From contig SHVB01000001.1 of NCBI GenBank assembly GCA_009694375.1, positions 70,366-134,365 on the forward strand: DNA of 64,000 nt, in the 5' to 3' direction. The notes under the pieces were generated by a model. The model was not told the origin of the DNA. It searched no databases and was given only the letters and a program-made list of their open reading frames with translations. The stretch is from Acidimicrobiia bacterium. GTDB taxonomy: Bacteria > Actinomycetota > Acidimicrobiia > Acidimicrobiales > VFJN01. Both the position numbers and the translations under genes were made by a program. This document shows positions 63,498 to 64,000 of the stretch, piece by piece. Within the stretch, counting starts at the first letter, position 1, and each line of letters starts with the position of its first letter.

Positions 63498-64000
63498 TCA
63501 GCGCTGGTTGCGGCGAATTCGGCTAAGCCCGCGCTCCGCCAGGAGGCGCGGACCACCGGCTTGGAGATAGGCCCAGGCCACCTGCACATCTCGAACACGG
63601 CCCCGTCGAACCGGGGCGGCGGCCGCGTGAGGATCGAGGTCGGTGCAGGCGACGTCCGCCGCCCGACGGGGGGCCCGGCAGAACTCCACCAGGGGCTCCA
63701 GACAGGCCGACCAGGTGAACGCCGGAGTCAGGCGACCGATGTTGGCTCGGCAGGTAGCCGCCAGGGCGGGATCGGTGAGCAACCGCTCCAGACCCTCCTC
63801 CACCGCCTCTACATCCCCGGCCGGCACCACCACGCCTAGTCCCTCGCGACGGATCACCTCCGCGAACGAGTCGCCATCGGTGGCCAAGATCGGCAGTCCC
63901 GCCCAGAGGTAGTCGAGGATGCGGGTGCGGAACGAGAACTCCGTCTCGATGTGATCGAGGTGCGTGCTCACGCCGAGATCGGCATCGAGCAGAAAGTTCT
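63498..64000 (-). CDS. family-4 glycosyltransferase, C-terminal part (partial, continues past the window end)
   Basis: The frame is open to position 64000 (..NFLLDADLGVSTHLDHIETEFSFRTRILDYLWAGLPILAT..). The GT-B C-terminal domain has an E-x7-E-like segment. Confidence 0.75.
   Translation of the reverse strand, partial: NFLLDADLGVSTHLDHIETEFSFRTRILDYLWAGLPILATDGDSFAEVIRREGLGVVVPAGDVEAVEEGLERLLTDPALAATCRANIGRLTPAFTWSACLEPLVEFCRAPRRAADVACTDLDPHAAAAPVRRGRVRDVQVAWAYLQAGGPRLLAERGLSRIRRNQR

Overview
High-GC (about 65-70% by eye) chromosomal segment with actinobacterial gene content and order. It is almost fully coding, and I support about 58 CDS. I found no rRNA, tRNA, CRISPR array, transposase, integrase or prophage gene. 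The many long antisense or alternative-frame ORFs in the track are high-GC artefacts.

Layout:
- 1-11.8 kb: housekeeping genes ftsX-ftsE-prfB-secA-hpf-comF, ahcY, phosphomannose isomerase, Trm112 and phosphomannomutase.
- 11.8-24.2 kb: envelope genes, namely a GtrA-GT2 fusion plus a 910-aa GT-C-like membrane protein, a CPBP protease, DUF3499, ftsH, and a 1065-aa GT2-membrane fusion plus DUF5719.
- 24.3-43.5 kb: a large cell-envelope glycan locus. It holds GDP-D-rhamnose genes gmd/rmd, cofD/cofE (F420), manC, a galE-like gene, several GT2/GT4 genes, ugd/uxs, rmlABCD and an LCP ligase.
- 43.5-51.1 kb: acyl-CoA dehydrogenase, pabB/pabC, birA, accA, a MauE-like gene and an lpdA-type flavoprotein.
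- 51.2-57.1 kb: the most unusual block. It encodes a TAT-exported protein with 26 cysteines, a MauA (methylamine dehydrogenase light chain)-like core and FG-GAP repeats. This gene is flanked by MauE-like and MauD-like genes and followed by an orphan protein, a BNR/FG-GAP secreted protein and an FkbM methyltransferase. No methylamine dehydrogenase heavy chain, mauG or amicyanin is present.
- 57.1-64 kb: mutB-meaB and a second GT2 / GT-C / methyltransferase / GT4 cluster.

All family assignments come from reading motifs in the translations. No database search was run.
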